Part shown: one piece after another, positions 30,572 through 40,900 of the stretch
How positions within the stretch are numbered: position 1 is the first letter of the stretch
Layout of the letters: each line of letters opens with the position of its first letter
Assembly: GCA_035501575.1 (NCBI GenBank)
Contig: DATJVZ010000319.1
Location: 3,841 to 67,840, forward strand
Source: Terriglobales bacterium
GTDB lineage: Bacteria; Acidobacteriota; Terriglobia; Terriglobales; Acidobacteriaceae
Direction: 5' to 3'
Length of the DNA: 64,000 nt
The notes under the pieces: generated by a model
What the model was told of the DNA's origin: nothing
Databases searched by the model: none
Seen by the model: only the letters and a program-made list of their open reading frames with translations
Position numbers and translations under genes: made by a program

Positions 30572-33500
30572 GTGAACATCTCCGCCCCATTCATCAAACG
30601 GCCGATCGGGACATCACTGCTGACCCTGGCACTGCTGATGTCCGGTGTTCTGGCGTTTAACTTCTTGCCGGTGGCTCCTCTGCCTCAAGTTGAGTTCCCG
30701 GTCATTCAGGTTGCCGCCAGCCTTCCCGGTGCGAGTCCGGAAACGATGGCGTCGGCCGTTGCCACCCCCCTCGAGCGTCAGTTCGGACGGATCGCCGGCA
30801 TTAATCAAATGACGTCGGTGAGCCAGCTCGGCTCGACCGGCATCGTGCTGCAGTTTGACTTGAGTCGAAATATCGACGCCGCAGCCCGCGACGTGCAGGC
30901 GGCCATCAACGCGGCTCGCAGCCAGCTCCCGTCCTATCTACCGGGCAATCCCTGGTATCGCAAAGTCAACCCCGCGGATGCACCCATTCTCATCATGTCG
31001 CTCACGTCCGATAGCATCACGCTGCCGGACATCTACGATCAGGCGAATTCCATTCTGTCGCAGAAGTTGGCGCAGGTGAATGGAGTCGGCCAGGTCTACG
31101 TCGGCGGAGGCGCCAACCCTGCGGTGCGCGCCGAAGTCAACCCGGCCATGCTCAATAATTACGGCATAGGCCTCGATGCTGTGCGCACCGCCCTGAATGC
31201 GGCCAATGCCAATCGTCCCAAGGGCGAAGTAGCCAATGCGAACTCTGCCTGGACGGTGAATGACAACGATCAGATGACACATGCGGACCAGTATCGCCCC
31301 CTGATCGTTGCCTATAACAAGCAGAACGGCGCTGCGGTGCGTTTGGGCGATGTTGCCGATGTCGAAGACTCGGTCGAAGACGCGCACATCTTCGGCCTGT
31401 CCAACGGGAAGCCCGCGGTCATCCTGATCGTGTTTCGACAGCCCGGGGCGAACATCATCCAGACCGTGGACAACGTGCTTGGCATCCTGCCGCAACTGCA
31501 GGCGTCCATTTCGCCGGCCATCAAATTGGCGGTAGTATCGGACCGAACCACGACCGTGCGTGCGTCGCTGCACGACATCGAGATCACCCTGGGCATTTCC
31601 GTCCTGCTGGTGATCTTCGTCGTGTTCGTTTTCTTGCGCACCGTACGAGCCACCATCATTCCCAGCATCGCAGTCCCGCTTTCCTTGATTGGCACGTTTG
31701 GCATCATGTATCTGGCGGGATACAGCCTGAATAATTTGTCGCTCATGGCTTTGGCCATTTCGACCGGCTTTGTGGTCGATGACGCTATCGTCGTGCTCGA
31801 AAATATCACCCGCTATCTCGAGAAGGGCAAGGGGCCGGTCGAGGCGACATTCCTGGGTGCGCGGGAGATTGGCTTCACCGTGCTCTCCATGAGCACCTCC
31901 CTGGTAGCCGTATTCATTCCCATCCTGATGATGGGCGGGATCGTCGGGCGCTTCTTCCGCGAGTTTGCCGTAACTTTGAGCGCGGCTATTTTAGTCTCGC
32001 TGATCATCTCCCTCACCACCACGCCCACCATGTGCGCGCAGCTGCTTAAGTCCCTGGGAGAAGAAGTGCATGGAACGGCCTACAAGGTGAGCCAAAAGGT
32101 ATTTGACGGCATCCTGGGAGTCTACCGGGTCTGCCTGGGCTGGGTGCTCCGCCATCAACTCGTGGTGCTGCTCATCACCATCGCGACCGCCTTCCTGAGC
32201 ATCCACCTGTTCCAAGAAGCTCCCAAGGGCTTCTTCCCCCAGCAGGATACCGGTCGCATCCAGGGCTCGGTGCAGGCGACGCAAGATATCTCCTTCAACG
32301 CGATGAAGGGCAAGATGCGTCGTTACGTGGAAATCGGCATGCAGGACCCCAATGTCGCGACCATGATCGGCTTCTGTGGCGGCACCACGGCGATGAACCA
32401 AGGCCGCATGTACATCACCTTGAAACCCCTGCGTGACAGGAAGTTGAGCGCCGACCAGGTCATCATGGAACTAAGCCGCAAGTTTGCCGAGGTCCCGGGA
32501 GCTACGCTCTACATGCAGGCCCAGCAGGATTTGAATATCGGCGGCCGTCTCAGCCAGGCGCAGTACCAGTACACCCTTCAGGGCGAAGATCTAAATGAAT
32601 TGAATGAGTGGGCGCCCCAATTATTAGAGAAGCTGCGCACCCTGCCGCAGCTGCAGCAGGTCAACACCGATCAGCAGGACAAGGGCCTGGCCGCCAACGT
32701 GGTCATTGATCGTGACACCGCGTCCAGGTTGGGCGTCTCCGCGCAAGACATTGACGCGGTGCTGTATGACGCCTTTGGGCAACGGCAGGTTTCGACGATT
32801 TACGAGCCTCTCAACCAATATCATGTGGTGATGGAAGTTGCGCCGGGATTTCAACAAAGTCCGGAGACACTCGAAACCACGTATGTGAACTCCTCCCATG
32901 GAAACATGGTACCGCTCTCGGCGTTCGCCCACTTCGGACCGGCCAACACCTCCCTGGCGGTGAATCACCAGGGTCAGTGGCCGGCGGTGACCATCTCCTT
33001 CAATCTGGCGCCGGGGGTCTCTCTGGGACAAGCCACCCAGCTGATTGAGAATGCGCAACGCTCCATCCGCTTCCCCGCCACCATTCACGCTAGCTTTCAG
33101 GGCACGGCCGCGGCCTTCAAAGCGTCGTTGGCCAATGAGCCCATCTTGATTATGGCAGCGCTGCTGGCGGTCTATATCGTCCTGGGGATTCTCTATGAGA
33201 GCTACATCCATCCCATCACCATTCTTTCGACGATTCCTTCGGCCGGGGTGGGCGCGCTGTTGGCGCTGAAATTGACCCACAATGAGCTCAACGTCATCGG
33301 CCTAATTGGGATCATCCTGCTGATCGGTCTAGTGAAGAAGAATGCGATCATGATGATCGATTTCGCATTGGATGCGGAGCGCCGCGAGGGACGCGCGCCG
33401 CTCGACGCCATCCACGAAGCCTGCTTATTGCGCTTCCGCCCCATCATGATGACCACGGCAGCTGCGTTGCTCGGGGCCTTGCCCCTGGCCCTCGGCACGG

Positions 33501-33688
33501 GAACCGGCTCAGAATTGCGCCGCCCGCTGGGCTTGACCATCATCGGCGGGCTGATCGTCAGCCAAGCACTCACGTTATTCACTACGCCAGTCGTTTACCT
33601 TTACATGGATCGGCTGCGTTGGCGCCGCAGCCCGAAGCAAGGCGAACTTCCCCGCCCGATTTCTCCCGCGGCCAGCCACGCCGACTAA
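30572..33688 (+). CDS. mdtC: RND multidrug efflux pump subunit MdtC-like
   Basis: FIKRPIGTSLLTLALLMSGVLAFNFLPVAPLPQVEFPVIQVAASLPGASPETMAS matches the MdtC pattern. 1038 aa. Confidence 0.9.
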   Translation: MNISAPFIKRPIGTSLLTLALLMSGVLAFNFLPVAPLPQVEFPVIQVAASLPGASPETMASAVATPLERQFGRIAGINQMTSVSQLGSTGIVLQFDLSRNIDAAARDVQAAINAARSQLPSYLPGNPWYRKVNPADAPILIMSLTSDSITLPDIYDQANSILSQKLAQVNGVGQVYVGGGANPAVRAEVNPAMLNNYGIGLDAVRTALNAANANRPKGEVANANSAWTVNDNDQMTHADQYRPLIVAYNKQNGAAVRLGDVADVEDSVEDAHIFGLSNGKPAVILIVFRQPGANIIQTVDNVLGILPQLQASISPAIKLAVVSDRTTTVRASLHDIEITLGISVLLVIFVVFVFLRTVRATIIPSIAVPLSLIGTFGIMYLAGYSLNNLSLMALAISTGFVVDDAIVVLENITRYLEKGKGPVEATFLGAREIGFTVLSMSTSLVAVFIPILMMGGIVGRFFREFAVTLSAAILVSLIISLTTTPTMCAQLLKSLGEEVHGTAYKVSQKVFDGILGVYRVCLGWVLRHQLVVLLITIATAFLSIHLFQEAPKGFFPQQDTGRIQGSVQATQDISFNAMKGKMRRYVEIGMQDPNVATMIGFCGGTTAMNQGRMYITLKPLRDRKLSADQVIMELSRKFAEVPGATLYMQAQQDLNIGGRLSQAQYQYTLQGEDLNELNEWAPQLLEKLRTLPQLQQVNTDQQDKGLAANVVIDRDTASRLGVSAQDIDAVLYDAFGQRQVSTIYEPLNQYHVVMEVAPGFQQSPETLETTYVNSSHGNMVPLSAFAHFGPANTSLAVNHQGQWPAVTISFNLAPGVSLGQATQLIENAQRSIRFPATIHASFQGTAAAFKASLANEPILIMAALLAVYIVLGILYESYIHPITILSTIPSAGVGALLALKLTHNELNVIGLIGIILLIGLVKKNAIMMIDFALDAERREGRAPLDAIHEACLLRFRPIMMTTAAALLGALPLALGTGTGSELRRPLGLTIIGGLIVSQALTLFTTPVVYLYMDRLRWRRSPKQGELPRPISPAASHAD

Positions 33689-33940
33689 GCTTCGCGCCCA
33701 CGCCGGCTCCCCCGGCCGCATCGCGCGGAATCGTTCTTCTCAGGAGATGGCTCTGTTGTTCATCCCGGGCGGCAGTTGCCGGCGGCGATTTTCCGAAACA
33801 CGAAATTCGTACCTAATCGTCCCATTACCAAAGTGACTTGCTCATCTCCGAATGCCTGTTACGATTGAATGTAACCGCAGGAATCTTGGCGGGGGTGAAA
33901 AATACTCAGAGCATTTGCAGCGGCGATTTTCTCCCTCATC

Positions 33941-34711
33941 TTGGTCAGCGCAACTCAAGTGTCTGCCCAAGAGAGCTATCACGTCATCTCGGTGACGAAC
34001 GGCGGCACCATCAGTGGCACCGTCAAATGGAGCGGCCCAAAGCCCCATCTCGCCCGTTTCCCGATCACCAAGGATCCGCAGATTTGCGATCCGAACTCGG
34101 AAAAGACTCGCGACTTGGAGCGATTGATCATCGGGCCTCAAGGCGGCGTCGCCAACACGGTCGTGTACCTCAAGGAAATAACCGCGGGTAAGGAGTTTAG
34201 CCTCCCGCCCGCACGGCGCTTCCTCGACCAGAGGCACTGCCGATACGAACCGCACATTTTGCTCGTCCCCGCCGGTGGAACTCTCGACATGAAGAGCTCC
34301 GACTCGACCCTGCATACGATTCACATGGAAGGCGCGGCGAGCTACAACCTGCCCTTTCCCTTTCCCAATCAGGTCATCTCTCGTCCCATGCAGAGTTCAG
34401 GCCTGGTACACCTGAAATGCAACGGCGGTCACGTTTGGATGAATGCTGAAATGTTCGTAGCCCGTCATCCCTACTACGCCATAACCGACGAAGAAGGCAA
34501 GTTCGAACTTACCAATGTTCCTCCCGGTCAATACGAGCTCGTGGCCTGGCACGAGGGTTGGGAGATCGCCAAGCAAGAGGCAACCTTTGATGTCTTGACC
34601 GAAAAGCGGGTGGAGCGACCGATCTTCGGCGATCCTAAGACGCAAGAGAAGAAGGTTAGCGTCACTCCATCGAACACCACCGTCGTAGAATTCACCTTAT
34701 CCGAAAAATAG
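33941..34711 (+). CDS. secreted cupredoxin-like / carboxypeptidase-regulatory-like domain protein (N-terminal signal peptide is out of frame, see findings)
   Basis: TLHTIH ... KCNGGHVWMNA (His, then a C-x3-H-x2-M ligand-like pattern), then ITDEEGKFELTNVPPGQYELVAWHEGW. Coordinates follow the ORF track (TTG 33941). Confidence 0.6.
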   Translation: MVSATQVSAQESYHVISVTNGGTISGTVKWSGPKPHLARFPITKDPQICDPNSEKTRDLERLIIGPQGGVANTVVYLKEITAGKEFSLPPARRFLDQRHCRYEPHILLVPAGGTLDMKSSDSTLHTIHMEGAASYNLPFPFPNQVISRPMQSSGLVHLKCNGGHVWMNAEMFVARHPYYAITDEEGKFELTNVPPGQYELVAWHEGWEIAKQEATFDVLTEKRVERPIFGDPKTQEKKVSVTPSNTTVVEFTLSEK

Positions 34712-34881
34712 CGGCGCCTCACCCCGGGCACGATCCGTGCCTTATCAGCAACTCAGGTATTTGCGGTATTGTCTCGCTGGGAAAACCGACGCAGAATTTA
34801 CTTATCGTTCGTGGCCATCGTTCTGGTTGAAGGGTTTTGATCCAACCCTCGCCGGAACAGCCGCTGGTAAGGTGACGCAGT

Positions 34882-35304
34882 GTGACCACCCGAATCCTAA
34901 TCGCCGACGACGACGCCCCGGTTCGTCAATTGCTGCGCAGAATCTTGGAGGAACATCCGGGCTGGCTGGTCTGCGGAGAGGCCTCGAACGGCCGGGATGC
35001 GGTGGCCAAGGCAAAGCAACTCTCCCCGGACGTGGTGGTCATGGATCTCGCCATGCCGCAAATGAATGGACTTGAGGCCGGCCGCGAGATCTCCAAATCC
35101 AGTCATCTGCACATGCTCCTGCTAACCGTCCAAGAGGTGTCGCAGGAACTAGCGCGAGAAGCCAGAAAGGCCGGATTCCAGGGCGCGATCTCCAAAGGCA
35201 AAGGTACCGAAGTAATCCCCGAGATCGAGACGCTGCTCGAGGATGGGACTTGTTCGAATCGTGCCCAGATCTCACTTCCTAGTGGTCCAAGGCCCAACGG
35301 CTAG
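34882..35304 (+). CDS. stand-alone response-regulator receiver domain (CheY-like)
   Basis: ILIADDDAPVRQLL, phospho-acceptor context DVVVMDLAMPQMNG, LLLTV, AISKG. No output domain. Confidence 0.85.
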   Translation: MTTRILIADDDAPVRQLLRRILEEHPGWLVCGEASNGRDAVAKAKQLSPDVVVMDLAMPQMNGLEAGREISKSSHLHMLLLTVQEVSQELAREARKAGFQGAISKGKGTEVIPEIETLLEDGTCSNRAQISLPSGPRPNG

Positions 35305-35359
35305 GATTGGCCTAATCGGAGAAAGCGGCCCCATCGACCTGGTCGATCCAAATCGTGGG

Positions 35360-36223
35360 TCATTTCTTTCGTGAAATGAACCCCAGAACCTTGCTGGCAA
35401 ACTCGTCCGAGAACCCAAAGCGGGCTTTGGAGCGGGAGTAGAACTCTACCGCCATCCTGTCCAACCAGATCAGAGCAGATTTTCCCATTCCGTCGCCGGG
35501 GCGCGCGCGATAGCGCGTGGAGGAGGGCGCCAGGCAGCTGTCGCCGTCGAGCGAATAATAATAGAGGGCCAAGCTGCGCCGGGATTCACCTTCCGGACAC
35601 GCCAGCGGTTCGGGAAAACCGTGGAGGCATCGCTCGGTGCTGAAGATCAACACATGGTTGAGCAGCGGCGGATATTTCACCACGCAGTGCTCCATCTTTG
35701 CGTCCCAGAGTTCGATGGCGCCGCCCCACTCCGCTCGCCAGGCGGGATTCAAATAAAGGATGAGATTGACCCGCCGCCGCCAGCGTGGGTGATAGTGATG
35801 ATGGGAGAAGTCGGTATGGACGTTGAGGAAGCCTCCCCGTCCCGCCTGATGCAACCCTCCTCCCTCAAGGCCGGGATCGGCCATGAGGTTCGGAATGCCG
35901 GTCAATCGGGATAGCCATGCGAGAAAGCGGGGCGTGTTCAGTTCGTCGGCAATGAGTCGCAACGAGGCGGGGAAGAACTCGCGCTTCGCCAACCCCAGTT
36001 TATTCTCGTTGCAATGTTGGTAGTGCGTCCAGCTCTTGCTGTCCGCCCCGGGGAACGCGGAGGCGGCTGCGGACGCGGCCTCAGCCGCCAGGAAGTTTGT
36101 GAGCAGGATGTGGGGCGCCGGAAGGTTCCCGGCAAACTGTTTCGAAAGGTCGGACAGCCGTAGGTTCCATGTGTGATAGTCGAACAACAGGGTCGACTCG
36201 TCGACAATCTTCAAGCAGGACAT
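35360..36223 (-). CDS. 2-oxoglutarate/Fe(II)-dependent oxygenase, prolyl-4-hydroxylase-like superfamily
   Basis: GGFLNVHTDF (HxD), RRVNLILYLNPAWRAEWGGAIELWD, and distal His in FSTERCLHGFPEP. Confidence 0.72.
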   Translation of the reverse strand: MSCLKIVDESTLLFDYHTWNLRLSDLSKQFAGNLPAPHILLTNFLAAEAASAAASAFPGADSKSWTHYQHCNENKLGLAKREFFPASLRLIADELNTPRFLAWLSRLTGIPNLMADPGLEGGGLHQAGRGGFLNVHTDFSHHHYHPRWRRRVNLILYLNPAWRAEWGGAIELWDAKMEHCVVKYPPLLNHVLIFSTERCLHGFPEPLACPEGESRRSLALYYYSLDGDSCLAPSSTRYRARPGDGMGKSALIWLDRMAVEFYSRSKARFGFSDEFASKVLGFISRKK

Positions 36224-36390
36224 TCGCTACGATCCTTTCTGGACCAGCTAATCCGTTCGAGCGGAACCCCAAAGTGTCGTTCATCATACCCCCGAACTGT
36301 CGATTTTCAGTCTATCAAGAACCTGGCTGGCGAGTCAGCGGATGAACCCGGTCTTTGGGTTTCTGCGCTGGTGCCTCCGATGGTCTGGGT

Positions 36391-37881
36391 TCAGTTCAGC
36401 TGGCAGATCTTGACCGCGTCGTTCTGGTAAGGACAATCGAGTCCGCGCACGCCGGGCTGCTCGACAATCACCCAGGAGACCCCGTACTCAGACTCGAGGC
36501 GGCGAAGGTCTTGGATCTGAAACTGATTCCATTCCGATTGGGCCTGAACCTGCCGCCACCATTCGTCGGCCAGCTCAGGAAACATCGATACTACTCCTGC
36601 GTCCTTGATGGCGTCTGCCATCCTGCTCCGTTCGGCGACGGCGCGAAAGCCCTGCGCGTCTTCTCGCTTGAGGTCCATGAAGTGGGGGTTCAGCGCAAAG
36701 ATCGCCGTCGTCGGCGTATGCTCTCGTACCCAGAGGAAAGCTGCAACCCATGGATTCCTAGGGTGCGAACCGGGCCATTCAAGGTGGGCGCTTGCCGGGA
36801 AAATCGAACGCTGCGCGGTAAACATGCCGAGCGAGAGCGGAAGCAACAACACGATCCAACCCCAGAGGCGATCCTTCAACAGGTATTCGGTCAATAGTCC
36901 GGCGGCGACGAGAAACATGATGATGTACAGCAGATAGAGACAACGCATGGGCTGCAGGCGAGCCAGGGCTTCAAAGCGTGGTGGAATGGAGAGAAGGAGA
37001 GCGAGCGGTAAGTAGACCAGTTCGTAAATGACAAGTGCGCGGCACAGCAGGTCGACGGTACGCAACCGCCGAGCGCGCGCCAATTGACTGAACCACCAGA
37101 GAATCACCAGCGGAGCCAACGCTCCCAACCATTCATACCATTGCCAGCGACTCAGATAGTGATAGGGGTGGGTAAGTGCTACCTGATGGTAAGCCTTGGG
37201 AGGCGGTGCCAACGACAGCCCGAACGGCAGCCAAGCGGCGAGCGAAGAGAAGAACTTCGACTCTTGGAGTCCGGCCACCAGAAAGCAATAGGAAATGGCA
37301 AACATGGACATCAAAGGGTGGATCGTGGCAGCGAGAAGCAGGAAGCCTGCGGCTTGGAGGTACTTCCGGTCAAGCACCCGTACCAGGGCAAAAATTGCCG
37401 CAAACGCCGAAAGATTGCGCGGATTCACGTATTGGTCCATGAGGTAGAGGGCGGTCCCGGCAACCGGCAGGGTCAATAAAGCGGCAATCAGCGCAACCCC
37501 TGCCCAGCGAGCCCGGGCATCGGCAAAGCACCTTCCACTCAGCTCCCAGCAGGCGAGTAAGAAAAGAAAGATAGAGGCCAGGTGCCAGAGGAAGAGTGCG
37601 GTCTCTAAGCTCAGGTGGCTAAGCCGGACGGAACTCGCGATCAGATTGGGAAATAAAGTCGAGTGCGCATGGGCCGCAAAAAATTGGGCATTGAACGGAA
37701 ACAGCTCTGGATGTAGCAGCTTTTCTATGCCGGGGACGTAAATCTCGGCGTCTTCGGCCCAAGGATGATAACCATGGATGAAAAGCGCTCCGCAAGTCAG
37801 GAGCAAGAGAAACAGAAGGTTCTTACCCTTCAAAAAGCCCGCTCCTTGCGAAAGCAGATTGCATGCCCGGGATTGTCCCAA
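36391..37881 (-). CDS. polytopic integral membrane protein, function unknown (GT-C-like candidate)
   Basis: 496 aa with about 12 hydrophobic helices, then a soluble C-terminal about 120 aa. N-terminal HGYHPWAEDAEIYVPGIEKLLHP block. Confidence 0.55.
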   Translation of the reverse strand: MGQSRACNLLSQGAGFLKGKNLLFLLLLTCGALFIHGYHPWAEDAEIYVPGIEKLLHPELFPFNAQFFAAHAHSTLFPNLIASSVRLSHLSLETALFLWHLASIFLFLLACWELSGRCFADARARWAGVALIAALLTLPVAGTALYLMDQYVNPRNLSAFAAIFALVRVLDRKYLQAAGFLLLAATIHPLMSMFAISYCFLVAGLQESKFFSSLAAWLPFGLSLAPPPKAYHQVALTHPYHYLSRWQWYEWLGALAPLVILWWFSQLARARRLRTVDLLCRALVIYELVYLPLALLLSIPPRFEALARLQPMRCLYLLYIIMFLVAAGLLTEYLLKDRLWGWIVLLLPLSLGMFTAQRSIFPASAHLEWPGSHPRNPWVAAFLWVREHTPTTAIFALNPHFMDLKREDAQGFRAVAERSRMADAIKDAGVVSMFPELADEWWRQVQAQSEWNQFQIQDLRRLESEYGVSWVIVEQPGVRGLDCPYQNDAVKICQLN

Positions 37882-37978
37882 TCACCGATTTTCCCATTCT
37901 TCGCGAGCGGAAGCTATGGCCAAGCGATGAAGCCGACGGACTAATCCGGAAGCCGCGAATCCAATCGGCTTTCGCCCG

Positions 37979-40900
37979 CTATTCAACGGCAAGCTTGAAG
38001 CTTAGCGTGTGCTTGAGCGTGCCGCTCGTGGCGGTTACCACGACAGTGGAGGTCCCTACCGCGGTCGGGCTTGAAGGCGGAGTCGGTGAAGTCGTTCCGC
38101 CGCCATTGCCGCCCCCACACCCGATTGCGGTGATCGAAAAGGCACAAATCGTCAGAGCCAGCAAGGTTTCGATCCGACGCCTAGAGCAACCGCCCAGCAG
38201 GAAGATGCCGGCAATCCCGACTCCCGTGGTTGCGACCCACCAAAAAGGACGTCGAACGGGCGTCATGAGTTGTCCCGTGGTTCCAGTCGTGGTAACGGTC
38301 AGGACGGTGGACCCACCGCCTGTCACGGCTGCCGGCTTGAAGGTGCACTTGGCACCGGCGGGCAGGCCGGAGCAGGAACTCGAACTGAAATTGATAGTTC
38401 CGTTGTAGCCATCGAGCGCCGTAACGGTCAAGGTCAGAGATCCGCTATCCCCTGGACTCTGAATCGTAATGGCCGGCTTGCTCCCGGCCGAGAACTCGAA
38501 ATCCTTTTGCTGACTAAGCGTGGTTGAAGAAGAGGTGGACGTGAGGTAGTTGCTATCTCCGCTGTAGGTCGCTGCGACCGCATACGAACCGTTAGTGAGG
38601 GCAGAGTCCGCATACGAGGCGCTCGCCTGGGCGCCTTGTAGTGTGCCGGTTTGCGTGGTAAGTGCCGGCACACCATGGACCGTGACTGGAGTGCCGACCT
38701 GAGTGCCATTCACGAAGAAACTCACCGTACCGCTCGGTGGCGTGCCACCGCTACTCGTACTGACGGTTGCCGAAAGAACGCTGCCCTGAGCCGCCGCCGC
38801 CGTAGAGACCGCGCTGCGGGTAGCGGCCTGAGTGACCGTCAGACTCACCGGAGACGAGTTGCTGGGGTTAAAGCTAGCGTCTCCCGGGTAATCCGCGGTG
38901 ATCGTGTGCGCTCCAGGAGAGAGAGTGTAAAGGCCAGTAGGCGTGCCCCCGTTGGGACTATTTAAGAAGTTCGGAGTGGCGGTGTTGCCTTGGCTGTTGA
39001 GGGAGTAAAAGCCAATAAGATTCGTCCCGTCCATAAAACTCACCTGTCCGGTGGGTGTACCCTGACTCGATTGGCCGGCAACATCAGCACGCAAATAGAC
39101 AAAGCTTCCGTAAGGACCTCCGCTCAAAGGAACGAAATTGAAGCTTTGGTTCAAGGTAAATACGGAAAGAACTGTCGTGCTGGGCTCTTGGGAGACTGTT
39201 ATCGAAGTGGAATTTGCCGGGGGGCTAGGCGCAAACGTCCCATCTCCCGAGTACTGCGCCGTAAGCGTGTAGGTGCCGCCCGGCAGAGAAGAGATCGCTT
39301 GGTCGGCGGTGCCAGATGCGAGGGGAAGAACTCCCACTGCAGTCTGTGTCGGGGTGTCGGCCATCAGCGCCACACTGCCGGTCGGCGTGCCCGTACCGCT
39401 ATTGGGAGCCACCGCGATTTTCACGGTGACCGACTGGCCGTGGGTGATGGTCGTCGGGCTCACACTGGTGAACGTTGTCGTAGTAGGTTGGAAGGTGATT
39501 GAATTCCAGTGGTTCACCAAGTTGGCGACATTGACCGAGCCGAGTCCGGTTGCCGGATCGTAGCCAACTCCGGCCTGATAGCCGGTGCTCTCTGTCCCAC
39601 CCTTCAGGGGCACGGCATTGTTTCCGACCGTGACGTCGTTAAAAATACAAGTACTGGCGGGTAAGATCGAAGTGTTTGAGGCATTGCAGCTCGCAAGCTT
39701 CTCGGCGGCCGCCAACTTGTAAAGCACATAGTCGGCTTGACCTTGGCGACCGTTCATCTTCTGGTCTACCAGGGCCATGATGCCTGCAAAGGATGGCGTC
39801 GAAGCGGAGGTCCCCCCAACCGCCGCAAAATAGATCAAACCCTGCGAATTAGGGATGCAGGATCCCTCGAGACACAACAGATAAGGATCGTGGAGGGCCG
39901 CAGTCAGAGAAACGTCGGGCAGATCCCGGTGTCCGTCATTGGGGATCCCCGTAACCCCCGACTGCCACGTCGTCGGTTTAGGAAAGAACGTACTGTAACC
40001 TCCCCCTCCGGCAACAATGTTTGCGTCTGAACCACACGCGGCTGCCGTGCAGCTTTCATTCCAGACATCCTCTGGAATATAGGAAAGAGCCGACTCCAGG
40101 GTGTCCGAATTATTCGTTGAACTCCAATATTTGCTGTCCTGCCCGTCTTCGTTGAATATCGTCCCCCCCACGGCAACATTAAAGGGGGTAGCCGCCAGGA
40201 GGCTGACGGAGACGGGTCCGACGGCAGTCGTTTCACCGGGGTTGTCGCATCCCTCGGCACCCGAGTCCCCCGAGGCAACCAGATAAGTAATCCCCTGTGC
40301 GGCCGCCTGTTCTGCCAGGGTTTCGTAGTACTGCGCAGCGGTGCTGGTGGAGTCGGCCTCGCAACCACCGAAGCTTTCGGTCATGATATCCGCCAAATTG
40401 TTGTCGACGATGTACAACTCAGAAAGGTCAACCCCATCCGTAGTATTGGTGACGGCGGAAACCACAAAATCCACCGTGGCCCCGGGTGCGAGCGATTGGG
40501 ACCAAGTTACGTCGAGTGTCGCCTCAGCTTCTTCTCCGCCGCCCAAATCACCGGGGTCAGCGCCATCGACAATGGGGTTGACTTGCACACTAGGGAAGTC
40601 AAAGACGCCTGCAAAATCGTTTACATCTGCACCGCTGTTGAAAAGGTCACTGCGACCGACCACGGCGACAGTTCTCCCCGTGCCGTTGATTCCGGGGTTG
40701 GCAGAGAGAAGCGGGTTGACGTTATAGATCTTCCAGTAATCCGCTGGTGCTAGCGCGTGCACTGGAGGTGTTCCAGGAAATGTCACCTTGGGCGCTTTTC
40801 CGGCACCCTGCGGTTCGAGCTTCGCTGGAATCTTCTGCTCCGCGACGTGAATCATCGGCCGCTTGAGGAAATTGTGCAGGGTATGCACACCGGCAACCAC

